A DNA stretch of 64,000 bases, from the sequence record NC_007623.1. The stretch is one strand, 5' to 3'. The notes under the pieces are model-generated. The model ran no database searches. It saw only the letters and a program-made list of their open reading frames with translations, and was not told the origin of the DNA. A program made the position numbers and the translations under genes. Positions within the stretch are counted from its first letter, which is position 1; each line of letters begins with the position of its first letter. Of this stretch, positions 47,701 through 56,884 are shown in pieces.

Positions 47701-47818
47701 GGGTATGCTCATGATCTACGAGAACCAGCAAAATGTGCTAAGTGATCCTAAGACATTCCGTGTGGTAAACCGTCAGGGGAGTCCGCTGGAGTGCTTCTTT
47801 AGCTTAGCGGTGAGTTGA
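44708..47818 (+). CDS. rpoC: nvRNAP beta' C-terminal subunit (phiKZ gp74-like) with intein
   Basis: After intein removal: AAGK|SLTNNGKALKSSEWFHRK (bridge-helix region), DCGT, CRVCYG, QGMLSTKH (trigger loop). Confidence 0.88.
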   Translation: MVMKIKLREWANLPEETVLRWLNTRRWVEVTDDLDQVALTDTYALIITWHGMIIHRHYNDVPYSIKEMVPSNKVEGGEDTVYNDGTNATPINQFLKVILPTIIDPVEVDGIKRLIHIWQNKLNNLLVVMSERYVISATAESVAEFMEDEGISGIRDRVLSKEISIDEGEREFADYVRTAHSIANNTLTLLSRTGGVAINQAYQKTIIRGKVFDLNNSIMPNAITVPYAHGITNLADMLGERNAAGKAGVLSSKIKIPGGWKTMGNIRVGDEVVTPDGGTAKVLAVHPQGVTKVVRVHFKDGRYTDVSPDHLWKVRRHHWCNDKAMAKLTREEVEERVWRVITTNELKDYIGLSTKVYVQLIEPERNADKPFKIHPYVLGVLLGDGCISQKAVDITKPYQQLFDKVQSLLPEHLECVWRPNRKGDGEPKTFGIRFKDRRSEQHINWHIRDGLKELGLYGMRSWGKVIPEEYLHGSAKQRLELLQGLLDTDGTVDKHKSVSFSSSSKLLSLGVQYLVRSLGGMARLQERTPHYTHNGEKREGRTDYRVYIRYPRPEELFTLDHKRERAVSHQHTETLRLQVTHIEERPDEETQCITIDHPDHLYITDDFIVTHNSLTNNGKALKSSEWFHRKVHILSAVVADIDHFMDCGTTTTVPIRIPNMQAAMALLGKFRVTDTGELELIDQTTVWSIKPGEWVNIRSVAFCNHYNSASPCRVCYGMMASSIPYNVMMKKGADVGMWCTTSICNPIGQGMLSTKHFIRNATTRKFVPATKDKNVIYSNGDDIFLTKELCAPGTELVLKADIVNILSDIRSLDVLDNLSLDKLPYFSEVTFRYEVEDIMMGGKTLQQHAACTSVSSRNARFSLEFLNYLLSKGWANEGKKHITVDLSEWNTLSPIFTLPYVREDLDMHRARVENFITFNKRNNAWRQQIVTPRLFGEVLAEYWGLINQETKGINIIHPEVLLYSTLCRDPMRGDYSLANGKGPKYFVNFQECIKGRGAGMLMIYENQQNVLSDPKTFRVVNRQGSPLECFFSLAVS
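45446..46543 (+). mobile_element. Intein (366 aa, class-3-type, Ala1) with intact LAGLIDADG endonuclease
   Basis: Block B PDHLW, block C YVLGVLLGDG, block E LLQGLLDTDG, block F TQCITI, block G DFIVTHN then Ser. Confidence 0.92.
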
Positions 47819-47844
47819 GTGGGTGACCCCGTTCGTTAGTGTGG

Positions 47845-47882
47845 ACCTCTTAAGGGGGTCCTCGGAATCCCCCTTAAGAGGT
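47845..47882 (+). promoter_or_regulatory. 14-bp hairpin containing the helicase RBS
   Basis: ACCTCTTAAGGGGG/CCCCCTTAAGAGGT; the 3' arm contains AAGAGGT 5 nt before ATG 47888; no U tract. Confidence 0.5.
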
Positions 47883-47887
47883 TGATT

Positions 47888-50170
47888 ATGCGAGCAACAG
47901 CAACTATCAGCAAAGCGAATCATTACTTCAGAATCAACGGGTTCTATGAGGAATTCGCGGTTCGGGTAATCCTACCGTTTTGTAAACTGAATCTCTGCAA
48001 GATGGCTAAGAAGCCAATACCGGGTACCCGGAAGCAGGCGTGGTTTGTTCAACACGTCTTTGCTCGGTCGAATTATGACAAGAGTGAATACCGGCTACCC
48101 ATTGAAACCCTTAAAGAGTTTGTGGAATTTGCGGGCTACCGGGGGTATAAAGAATCCCGCTTGAAGATTCAGGATGAACCGGAGATCGAAGGCAAGGATG
48201 TTGTATTCGAATTCAATCCAGGGTTTGATCAGTTCAGGGAAGGTCAAGGTGAATGGATTGAGTACATGCTGAGCGATGGGCACCTGAAGGTCAATAACGC
48301 CTCCACAGGCTTTGGGAAGATGCAACCGCTGTACGCGAAGATCAAAGTCCCGGGTGGTTGGAAGACAATGAGGGAGATGACCGTCGGTACCGAGGTCATT
48401 GCAGCGGATGGTACGGTCACTCAGGTGACTGGTGTTTACCCACACGGTAAACAACCCATTTACCGTTTGCACTTCGAAGACGGGCGTTATACCGATGCAG
48501 GACTGGATCACCTGTGGAAAGTGTTCACAGAGGAGACTCAGGCATGGACAGTCGTTAATACCCGTTCCGTACAGACCCTGTTGGCGAAAGAGCCGGATGG
48601 GGTATTTATCCCTCTGTGTGAGCCTGAAGACGGTCCGGAGAAGCCCTTTGTAACGGACCAATTGGAAGGTTCCCGCCAACAACGGTTGGAACACCTACGA
48701 CGACTCATGGATGAGAAAGGGTATGTGCGTGATGACGGTAGTCTGTCCTTTTCCAGTGAGGATGAGGTGGAAAGCACTACGGTTCAATACCTGGTTAGGA
48801 GTCTAGGGGGTATTGCCCGAAAGGTACCGTCTACAGGACTGTACCGCCGCAGGCAATACCGGGTGTACATCAAGCACCCTCGTCCTGAGGAACTCTTTAC
48901 CCTGACGAATAAGGGTGGCTACCTGACATCAAAGTCGGGTAACCAGTCCCTTAAGCTCCGGGTGAACCGCATTGAATTCATTGGGGAACATGAAGCCCAG
49001 TGCATCTCTGTAGCACACCCGGATCGTCTGTACATCACGGATGACTTCATCGTCACCCACAACACCTATATGGCCATCCACAGCATGGTGAAGATTGGTA
49101 AACGGACCTTAATCACCATGCAACCCCGTTACCAGATCAATTGGGTACGGGAACTCAACAAGATCGTTAAACTCATTCCAGGGGATCTCTTAATCTGGGA
49201 GAATACCCTGGAATCGTTGTATGAGTGTTTAGAAGACGGGAAGTTTGATCCTAAGATCATTATTATTCCGATGTCTCGTATTGAGGTCTTCCTCCGTAAA
49301 GGGAAAGAGACCCGAGACGGGTTACACATGGATGATTTGATCAAACGGATCAATCCGGGATTAAGGATCATTGATGAAGGGCATGAAGCGATTCATCAGA
49401 TCTTCTTGTCCTTAATGTTTGGGAATATCAAGAAACTCTTCCTGCTCTCAGCCACCTTGAAAGCAGACGATCCCTTTACGAACAAGATGTACCAGTACTT
49501 GTTCCCTAAACGGTTACGGTTAAAGGAGGCGGAACCCGAGCATTACATCGATGTAGTGGCGTACCTGTATCGCCTCAACACCCGTCGTTATCATCTCAAG
49601 ACGGAGCAGTTTGGAGCGTATAACGATAAGACGTTTGAAAAGAGCATCTTAAAGTCGGGTGTACTCCTGGCATTCTACTTTAAATTGGTCAATAAGGCCT
49701 TTAAGGAGTATTACCTCAATGTGAGGCGTGAAGGAACGAAGTGTTTGTTCTTCTTCTCCAGGGTCAGTATGTGCGATGCCATGTTGGAACTGTTCAGGAA
49801 AGAATATCCCGGCTGGGATTTCGAAACCTTTACTGGGGACGATTCCAAGCTGAAAGATAAGAAGGACAAGTACTTAAAGCACGAGATCATCATTACAACT
49901 CCGAACAGTTGTGGAACAGGTAAGGATATCGGGGGGTTGGTGACGGTGATCTGCGCCCACACGGTTGCGTCGACTCAGGCTAATAAGCAGATCATTGGAC
50001 GACTCAGGGCGTTGTCGGGTAAGTTCAATAATGAGATCGACCCTGCCTTTGTGTTCCTGGTGTGTTTGGACTTAGCGAAGCACGTGGAATATTTAGCCAA
50101 ACGGGAACAGGTGTTCTTTGAGAAACAGAAGACCTTCAAGCGTATCAATTCGGAATGCTCCCTGGACTGA
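47888..50170 (+). CDS. SF2 helicase (phiKZ gp75-like) with intein
   Basis: Walker A STGFGK|T, Walker B IIDEGH, LSAT, QIIGRLR. Confidence 0.9.
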   Translation: MRATATISKANHYFRINGFYEEFAVRVILPFCKLNLCKMAKKPIPGTRKQAWFVQHVFARSNYDKSEYRLPIETLKEFVEFAGYRGYKESRLKIQDEPEIEGKDVVFEFNPGFDQFREGQGEWIEYMLSDGHLKVNNASTGFGKMQPLYAKIKVPGGWKTMREMTVGTEVIAADGTVTQVTGVYPHGKQPIYRLHFEDGRYTDAGLDHLWKVFTEETQAWTVVNTRSVQTLLAKEPDGVFIPLCEPEDGPEKPFVTDQLEGSRQQRLEHLRRLMDEKGYVRDDGSLSFSSEDEVESTTVQYLVRSLGGIARKVPSTGLYRRRQYRVYIKHPRPEELFTLTNKGGYLTSKSGNQSLKLRVNRIEFIGEHEAQCISVAHPDRLYITDDFIVTHNTYMAIHSMVKIGKRTLITMQPRYQINWVRELNKIVKLIPGDLLIWENTLESLYECLEDGKFDPKIIIIPMSRIEVFLRKGKETRDGLHMDDLIKRINPGLRIIDEGHEAIHQIFLSLMFGNIKKLFLLSATLKADDPFTNKMYQYLFPKRLRLKEAEPEHYIDVVAYLYRLNTRRYHLKTEQFGAYNDKTFEKSILKSGVLLAFYFKLVNKAFKEYYLNVRREGTKCLFFFSRVSMCDAMLELFRKEYPGWDFETFTGDDSKLKDKKDKYLKHEIIITTPNSCGTGKDIGGLVTVICAHTVASTQANKQIIGRLRALSGKFNNEIDPAFVFLVCLDLAKHVEYLAKREQVFFEKQKTFKRINSECSLD
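48320..49063 (+). mobile_element. Intein (248 aa, class-3-type, Met1) with partly deleted endonuclease
   Basis: Block B LDHLW, block F AQCISV, block G DFIVTHN then Thr; block C absent, block E decayed (LRRLMDEKG). Confidence 0.9.
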
Positions 50171-50210
50171 GGTCCCAGGGGGTTTCCCTTTATGTCGGGG
50201 TACCGCTACT

Positions 50211-50636
50211 ATGCCGCTATTCAAACGTCAGCCCATGCTGATCATTTCATGCCCTAACATCGGACAGATCAGCTGGGTAGCCACCCAGTTGGTCGAGGAC
50301 TCCCTTTACCACATCTTTGCGGATGGTTCACTCGTTGAAGATGATATTCTGGAAGAATGGTTAGAAACCGAAACCGAAAACATCCTTTTTGATGAAGAGG
50401 GACAGGTTAAAATGTCCCCCCTACTGCACGAGCAGGAATATTGGAACCTGGTTAAGGATCCTCACGCCATGACCGAGTTTTACATGGACGAAGCCCTCGG
50501 TATTCTGGATCACCTTTTCCAGTTAAATAAGGACAAGCTCGCAGAGGTGTCAAATACGCTCTCTGTTGAACGTTACTGGGTAATCCGACATCTCCCTAAC
50601 CATTGGCTCATAAAACTCTATGGTGACCCTAAATGA
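50211..50636 (+). CDS. Hypothetical protein
   Basis: Start moved to ATG 50211; ATGA coupling to the next gene. Confidence 0.65.
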   Translation: MPLFKRQPMLIISCPNIGQISWVATQLVEDSLYHIFADGSLVEDDILEEWLETETENILFDEEGQVKMSPLLHEQEYWNLVKDPHAMTEFYMDEALGILDHLFQLNKDKLAEVSNTLSVERYWVIRHLPNHWLIKLYGDPK

Positions 50637-51013
50637 CCTATTCCTGCAACCCTCACAGCCGTACTGTTAAGTCCCAGAACATCAGAACCCCCGGAATGGA
50701 GTTTTTGCGTCAGAAATTCATCCTGAAGATTCTGGTAACCGAACGGGTTCGATGCTTCATGGATGAAGTGAACTTTGATATGTCGGGTGAATTTATCCGT
50801 AAGTTCATTACAGTGCCTCCGGAGTATACGGAACCTGAAACCATCGAACAGTACATCCAAACCGAAGTCCTGGACATCATGGAAGCGTTTAAGCAGTATG
50901 AGGAGAACGCAGTGTACCAGGAGGATTTAAAAGCCCTGTTGCCGTATAAAGGCCATCGGTGGCATCTGGTGTCTTCAACAGACTCCGGAGTCCTGATTAC
51001 AGTCGAGGCGTAG
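50633..51013 (+). CDS. Hypothetical protein (126 aa)
   Basis: Operon-coupled ORF. Confidence 0.65.
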   Translation: MTYSCNPHSRTVKSQNIRTPGMEFLRQKFILKILVTERVRCFMDEVNFDMSGEFIRKFITVPPEYTEPETIEQYIQTEVLDIMEAFKQYEENAVYQEDLKALLPYKGHRWHLVSSTDSGVLITVEA

Positions 51014-51018
51014 GGTGT

Positions 51019-51498
51019 ATGAAGTCTGTTATCATTAACCTCGATCCTGATACCCGAGCGGAGCTGTATGCGGATGTTTCCAATACACTCATGGATTTCA
51101 TCCTGATAGAAGCCTTAACGATCGCTTTAAAGGACTATTCGTCATCCGTAGAAACGCTCCAAGACGCAATAGCGGATCCTGAATACTACAAAAATGATCC
51201 GGATACGAACATTGAACAGTCAATTGAATTACTGCTCGATGTACTGAAAGAGCTAGACCGACAGGACGGAGAAGATGTTGAGTCTCCCTTCTACGACGTG
51301 TCCAGTTATTCGGATTGGCTCAGGGATAAACTGTGTTTAGCCATTAGCTCCATAACAGATGCTAATAGCCCCTTGGATTTCATGATGTTGAATGATGTCC
51401 TCACTCTTCCTGAACTCAGTAAACAGTTCAACTTCCAAGGGAAACACCTGAATAACCGTGTTGTCATGTTGCTAACCGGAGTCGATGACCATCTCTAG
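51019..51498 (+). CDS. Hypothetical acidic protein
   Basis: Start moved to ATG 51019 (GAGG/AGGG upstream). Confidence 0.65.
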   Translation: MKSVIINLDPDTRAELYADVSNTLMDFILIEALTIALKDYSSSVETLQDAIADPEYYKNDPDTNIEQSIELLLDVLKELDRQDGEDVESPFYDVSSYSDWLRDKLCLAISSITDANSPLDFMMLNDVLTLPELSKQFNFQGKHLNNRVVMLLTGVDDHL

Positions 51499-51510
51499 AC
51501 AGTACACATA

Positions 51511-51544
51511 TACTACCTCCCTTCCGCAAGGAAGGGAGGTAGTA
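51511..51544. terminator. Hairpin between convergent genes
   Basis: 15-bp stem TACTACCTCCCTTCC/GGAAGGGAGGTAGTA with GCAA tetraloop. Confidence 0.75.
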
Positions 51545-51557
51545 GTCGTTTATTTAT

Positions 51558-52859
51558 TTATTTCAATGCCATCTCCAAGTCTAAGAGGTTCGTACGGCTG
51601 CCCGCTGTGTGGTGTGCCTTCATGCGCTGCAATAAAAATGCAGTAGGAATCAAGACCACCTCAGAGCTGAGACGATGCCCTAAAGCCCCTAGACCTTCCC
51701 CACAACAGGTCTTACAATAGTAACCGTCCTTTAGGGTACAGAACTGAGGGACTCTGGCTTGTACGGGTTTATTAACGTAACGATCCAGGTTTTCAGCGGT
51801 GAGCTGTATCAGGACTTTCCCATCCTGGATCCACGTTCCTACCCAGTATCCTTTATTGGTTGGTAGGATCGTAACGGTTTCGGTCACCGGGGTACCGCAA
51901 TCCACGACATCCTCGCTAACGGCCGTACGGCCTATTAGACGCAACGTTTCCTTAACCCTAGCCCCACCTTCACCGGTGGACATAGAACGGCTGTAAGAGC
52001 CCTCTACGGCCGTGTTAATGTAGTCTGCCAAGAAGTTCGGATCCCAACCCTCCGCCAGGGAGTTAGGGAGCAGTACCCAACCGTCTCCTGAGGCATTGGG
52101 TTCAATACCGAAGGAAATGAACATCCGTTTACGCGAGTTGTCAATAAACTTCTTTGCAATAAAGAACTTACGGCTAGGACCAGACATTACGATCTTCATG
52201 TCCAGCGCCACACACTGATCAATAATCGAGGTAGCAACAACCGGATCATTGAGTTCGTCTTTATGCTCTTTAAAGAGACGATCCCTGAGTTTAATGACTT
52301 CAGGACTCACCGTTAGGGCATCTACTCCACCCGGTTTAATGAAGTGAGACCCTAACCCTTCCAGGAACTGGCAGTTATGGGAGAACTTCAAACACTGGTC
52401 TACACTGGCCTTCCCTTCAGGTACCGCTTCCCCCGGTGGGGGATTATCCACCATGAGAGTTTCCAAGATCTTCAAGATAACCGGTTTGGTGAACTCCTGG
52501 TTAAGGTAGGGTTGGGTCTTCCCGAAGCATTCCCAGAAGAGGATAACGTTGAAGAGTAAGAGTCCAAAGGTAGTCGTGACCGCTTTACCTTGCAACACGG
52601 GATGGAAGTCTCCCGGGAGTTCCAGGATTTCATCCATGTAGAACAGGGGTTCATTCACCTCCCCATTTACGGTATGGGTAGAACCCTCTACCACGACATT
52701 GAACCGATTATCCTCCACAAAGACAGCATAGGGGTATTTCTTGAACTGTCCAGAGGAATCTTCGTCTTCAAACTGGATAGTAATAATCGATTGAATAGCC
52801 GCCTTTTCGTTATAGGCTCGGTTATTCAGAAAGAGTTTAAGGTAGTCGAGTTTAGTCAT
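51558..52859 (-). CDS. rpoC: Virion RNAP beta' C-terminal fragment (phiKZ gp80-like)
   Basis: TGEGG...LR, DCGT, CKTCCG, QRMKAHHTAG trigger-loop motif; second beta'-C copy implies the virion enzyme. Confidence 0.82.
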   Translation of the reverse strand: MTKLDYLKLFLNNRAYNEKAAIQSIITIQFEDEDSSGQFKKYPYAVFVEDNRFNVVVEGSTHTVNGEVNEPLFYMDEILELPGDFHPVLQGKAVTTTFGLLLFNVILFWECFGKTQPYLNQEFTKPVILKILETLMVDNPPPGEAVPEGKASVDQCLKFSHNCQFLEGLGSHFIKPGGVDALTVSPEVIKLRDRLFKEHKDELNDPVVATSIIDQCVALDMKIVMSGPSRKFFIAKKFIDNSRKRMFISFGIEPNASGDGWVLLPNSLAEGWDPNFLADYINTAVEGSYSRSMSTGEGGARVKETLRLIGRTAVSEDVVDCGTPVTETVTILPTNKGYWVGTWIQDGKVLIQLTAENLDRYVNKPVQARVPQFCTLKDGYYCKTCCGEGLGALGHRLSSEVVLIPTAFLLQRMKAHHTAGSRTNLLDLEMALK

Positions 52860-53755
52860 GGGAGTTCCACTCGCTGAATAAGGTCTTCAATACGGGTCAA
52901 CGTCAGAGGGTCTTCAATGACCGAATAGAGGTATTGGGTCATCTTATCCTTAAGCCATTCGTTATTGATTTCAGACACCAGGAAGAACCCAATAACCTCC
53001 TTGGCATACTGAAGGGTACTGTCTTCCGTTTGTTGAGCCAGGAGAACTTCCAAGTTACGACTGTAGAAACTCAGGAAGCTCTTTACACTCCCTCCCAGTT
53101 GTCCGTTCTTCTTAACGTGTTCAAAGGCCAGAGTTCCTTCAATAAGGGTTGCATTCGCCCGAATACGCTGTTCAATAGGGGTGGGAACGTTCTCAATCTC
53201 CTCGGGGTTAAAGAGAGCGTCCTTAATGGCTTTAAGGGTGACTTCTGAAACATCCTCAATAAAGGTTTCGTACTCTGACAGATCGAGGTCTTCACCCAGG
53301 TAGAGTTGCATCACCAGGAACAGTCGGTTCACAGGGGGGATGTCATACGCCTCCAAGACGTGTTTAAGACCAATCAGGTCTTCGTACTCCTGCAACTCCA
53401 TAAAGAACGACAACAACCGAGTTAAAGCAGGGAGGTTGTCTTCACCCAGGAAATCGTGATTGAAAACGAACCCTAGCTGTTCCAGCACATCGATTATATT
53501 GGTCGTTAGGATCAAATACACCTGATGCTTCTTAGCCGGGATTTCCAAAGCTTCATTAATCAACAGATCAGTCAGTTGACTGGGCATCAAGGACTCAGGT
53601 TGACTGAGCATAATTAAATTAAACGATTCATCCAATTCTTTAGCCTGATTGGCGGGTATGGCGTTCCGGAGTTCTGACCAGAGACCCCCTACCAGGGTGT
53701 CAGCCAGGTACGCTCCCTCTTCCAGGGTAACAGATTCTTCATGCTCAATAATCAT
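52856..53755 (-). CDS. Conserved hypothetical acidic protein (phiKZ gp79 position)
   Basis: Probable ATG 53755; ATGA coupling to the vRNAP gene. Confidence 0.7.
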   Translation of the reverse strand: MIIEHEESVTLEEGAYLADTLVGGLWSELRNAIPANQAKELDESFNLIMLSQPESLMPSQLTDLLINEALEIPAKKHQVYLILTTNIIDVLEQLGFVFNHDFLGEDNLPALTRLLSFFMELQEYEDLIGLKHVLEAYDIPPVNRLFLVMQLYLGEDLDLSEYETFIEDVSEVTLKAIKDALFNPEEIENVPTPIEQRIRANATLIEGTLAFEHVKKNGQLGGSVKSFLSFYSRNLEVLLAQQTEDSTLQYAKEVIGFFLVSEINNEWLKDKMTQYLYSVIEDPLTLTRIEDLIQRVELP

Positions 53756-53800
53756 TGGGTTAACTCTCGTAAAGTGCGTTTCCAAAGGGAATCATAGCAT

Positions 53801-54670
53801 ATGTCGACTAAACAGCAACAGCGTCGGGTTAAGAAACTCAATAAACGCAAGCAAGTGAGTAAGCAAAAACAACGGGCTAAGAACATCCAGGACGCTTACC
53901 TCCGACAGGACTTTGGTAAAGGCTACCAGGGGGAGGCCCTGAGTAAGGATGCCTTGTACGATAAGGTCAGGGGTGAAAACAAAGCCTTCTCGGTACGCGA
54001 CCTTATTAATAACCGTCAACGTCTGGCTGAGCTGGCTGAACAGATGAAGCTGACGGGTGATGAGGACATCCCTCAGCTCTTCAGTGGGGAAGAACTCCTC
54101 AACGCTATCAACGACATGATTACCGTCACCATTAAGCTCCACAGTGGGGTGATCGTGTACAACCGTCTGGTTGAAGAACGCCGCTTTGATATCAGTGAGG
54201 ATGACCGTGCCTTACTGGAGAACTACGAACGCAAAGTGGTGGAGTTTGCGGAAGATGTCTCAGTCGTCACGACCCTGCATGAAGCAGGTCAACAACCCGA
54301 GGATTACTTTGAAGTCGTCCTTAACCTGGCCGATGTCATGGCAGCCCTCAGTGAGGAGTTTGGGGAACCGGTTCTGGATCTCATTACCCAACAGGGTGAT
54401 CTGATCGAAGCCTATGCCGTTGAACACAAACCTGAAGGACTGTCTGTCTACGATTACATGTGTCAACTTCATAGTGAACGTATTACGGTTATCCAACAGT
54501 TGTACGGTGAGAGCCGGCTGAATGACGTCTTTAACGAATTGCACACCCTGGAGCAGGAACTCCCAGATTCCCCTGAAGAGATCCCAGGTGATAACCTCCC
54601 CTTCCCTGAGAAGGAAGAGGTTGGCGAATTCATCGCTATTTCCAACGATCCTGTCATTAACCCCCAGTAA
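53801..54670 (+). CDS. Hypothetical protein with basic N-terminus and helical acidic body
   Basis: AAGGGA RBS; 289 aa. Confidence 0.75.
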   Translation: MSTKQQQRRVKKLNKRKQVSKQKQRAKNIQDAYLRQDFGKGYQGEALSKDALYDKVRGENKAFSVRDLINNRQRLAELAEQMKLTGDEDIPQLFSGEELLNAINDMITVTIKLHSGVIVYNRLVEERRFDISEDDRALLENYERKVVEFAEDVSVVTTLHEAGQQPEDYFEVVLNLADVMAALSEEFGEPVLDLITQQGDLIEAYAVEHKPEGLSVYDYMCQLHSERITVIQQLYGESRLNDVFNELHTLEQELPDSPEEIPGDNLPFPEKEEVGEFIAISNDPVINPQ

Positions 54671-54682
54671 GGGACTGTTTGT

Positions 54683-56407
54683 ATGTCTGAGAATGTAACC
54701 CCGAACGAAAACCCTGAACTGACTCCCCCTTCGGAGTTGAGCAAAGCTGTTGAACAAACGATTCCCAAAACGGAGCCTTCCAGCCACTTTGGCTTCATGG
54801 ATACCCACACGCCTCAGAATACACCCATGAAGGAGGTGGTGGAACCGCTCAACCCCATTACCAAAGAACTGGTTGAAGACGATCGAGCTAAGGGGTTCAC
54901 CAGTATCTTCCTGGGGGTTGGTAAAGAAGAGAATGAGAAAGCGGCTGAACTGATTACCAACTGGAGTGCGTGGAACACGTTCAAAGAATTGAATAAGGTA
55001 GGGGAGGTTTCCCCAACAGTCTTTGCATCAGCTAAGCAAGACTGGGATGCCTTTGTTCAAGAGAACTACCCGGATGTGAATCCCAATGAGTTGGAGAAGA
55101 CCGCTAGTGATCTGTTCAAGTTCATGAACAGTCTTCAGGAGAACCTCCAACTTCGTACCCGCATGGTGCGGGAAGAGAATATTACCAACGCCTCGCGCCG
55201 GTGTGATAAACTCACCACGACCGATATCGTTGGTAAAACCCCGTCGGTGAATAAGAAAGGGTTGAGTATTGCAGATCGCATGATTCGCTCGACCATTCGT
55301 TCGTCGGGGGGTGTATACCAGTATAACCAACTGCTGCGTAATTCGTTCCTGAGTATTACGTGGGAACGTCCTCAGAAGCTGGAAGTCGCCGATCTCATCA
55401 ACAACATTAACCGCCGTATTCGGGGGTATGTACGACGGGTCGGTGGGAACGCCATGGCGTTGTCTTACATCGCGGGATATATTGAGATCTGGGATTGGTT
55501 GAAGCCCCGCTTGGTCAGCAGCAGTGTCAAAGGCCTGGCGGATTTCGATGACCTCAGCAAGGTGATCCGTATTACGGACATGCCGGTGATCTGTGCAGGT
55601 CTCTTGGCGTCGATCACGGATGACGGCGTCCAAATGGACCTCCGCTGCATGAACCCCAGCTGTGACTGGTATCAGTTCGATCTCATTGATCCGACTAAGT
55701 TGGTGCAGCGTCGTCCGTCGATTGAAACCGATGAAGAAGCCGCCTTCTTTGGTAATATCTTCAGTGGGCGTGAACAACACACCGTCGATGAAATCCTCAA
55801 GATGATCGAACAGTCCACCTACGGGATGGACAATCGGTACGTGTACAACGAGGATCAATCCATTCGTCTGAAAGTAGGACCTCCCAGTCTGTCGGATGCC
55901 TTCGCTACCTTCGACTATTTCGTAGGGCGTGTAGATAAGCAGTTGGCGGATATTAGCAACAAAGTCAACACGGAACAAGACCTGGAAGAGCAACGTCTCC
56001 TTCTGCTTAACAGCTTGAGTGGGGCGGAGTACATGCACTGGGTGGAAGAGTTCGCTATTATGCCACCTCCGGGTGAGGACAGTGAACCCCAGGTCATTAA
56101 GCGGGCCAAGGAAGACCCTAACGAGTTCAATAAAGGTCTTATGGACTCCCTGCTGACCGATGAGGTGATGAATAAGAACTTGGTGTTGTTCGTCTACAAT
56201 AAAGCGCCTTATCTGACCCGGACCTTTATTGGTGTCCGTAACTTCGTGTGTCCGAAGTGCGGTACGGAGTCGGATGCTCACCAAGAGGATCGTAAACTCG
56301 GGTATACCCCGATCGATGCCTTTATGAGTTTTTTTATCCATTCCCAGCTGATGTTGATGAATCTGGCGATGGAGCGTCAAAAGGTAAACAACGAAGCCCT
56401 CTCCTGA
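54683..56407 (+). CDS. Putative tail/baseplate assembly chaperone, T4 gp26/gp51-like Cys motifs
   Basis: ITDMPVICAGLLASITDDGVQMDLRCMNPSC and CPKCG...DAFMSFF; T7 slippery run at the FF codons. Confidence 0.55.
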   Translation: MSENVTPNENPELTPPSELSKAVEQTIPKTEPSSHFGFMDTHTPQNTPMKEVVEPLNPITKELVEDDRAKGFTSIFLGVGKEENEKAAELITNWSAWNTFKELNKVGEVSPTVFASAKQDWDAFVQENYPDVNPNELEKTASDLFKFMNSLQENLQLRTRMVREENITNASRRCDKLTTTDIVGKTPSVNKKGLSIADRMIRSTIRSSGGVYQYNQLLRNSFLSITWERPQKLEVADLINNINRRIRGYVRRVGGNAMALSYIAGYIEIWDWLKPRLVSSSVKGLADFDDLSKVIRITDMPVICAGLLASITDDGVQMDLRCMNPSCDWYQFDLIDPTKLVQRRPSIETDEEAAFFGNIFSGREQHTVDEILKMIEQSTYGMDNRYVYNEDQSIRLKVGPPSLSDAFATFDYFVGRVDKQLADISNKVNTEQDLEEQRLLLLNSLSGAEYMHWVEEFAIMPPPGEDSEPQVIKRAKEDPNEFNKGLMDSLLTDEVMNKNLVLFVYNKAPYLTRTFIGVRNFVCPKCGTESDAHQEDRKLGYTPIDAFMSFFIHSQLMLMNLAMERQKVNNEALS

Positions 56408-56502
56408 TTGGCGGTAAAGCGATTCACAATCCGGAGTTCTCGGCGGTTTACTTAAACCTCCAGAAGCAAGATCTCAGTGGTCTCAAGGAAGAGACTATCC
56501 TG

Positions 56503-56877
56503 TTGAACAACCAAGCGTTGCATGACATCAACATGGGATATGTCTCACCCCGTAATCTCCCCCCTCACCAATCGATTAAGTTCTTTCCGTCTGAAGTCAG
56601 GTATTACCACCCCTTCTCGTATGAGAGTATAGGGGAGTATTACGGGACTTTTCGGCTGGATGAATACCTGCCCTTAAGGGATTACTTGGAATTGCCCGCT
56701 AACTGTGCAGACACGTTGGTTAAGGCCGTTCAAAAGGGACGGGAAAAACGGTTGGTAATGGAGAAAGAGCATCTGAAGGAAGAGGAAGAGAAACAGGCGA
56801 AGAATGGGGGTAAACGAACCGCCTCGGAGTCGGTTTCTATGGATGCATTACTGGATCAATTGTCTAAACTTCGTTAA
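56503..56877 (+). CDS. Small ORF, probable -1 frameshift extension of the upstream gene (T-like domain)
   Basis: Its frame is open back to 56296, covering the slippery site; LPLRDYLELP pattern like chaperone T domains; only TTG/CTG starts with a distant AAGGA. Confidence 0.6.
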   Translation: MNNQALHDINMGYVSPRNLPPHQSIKFFPSEVRYYHPFSYESIGEYYGTFRLDEYLPLRDYLELPANCADTLVKAVQKGREKRLVMEKEHLKEEEEKQAKNGGKRTASESVSMDALLDQLSKLR

Positions 56878-56884
56878 GAGAATG

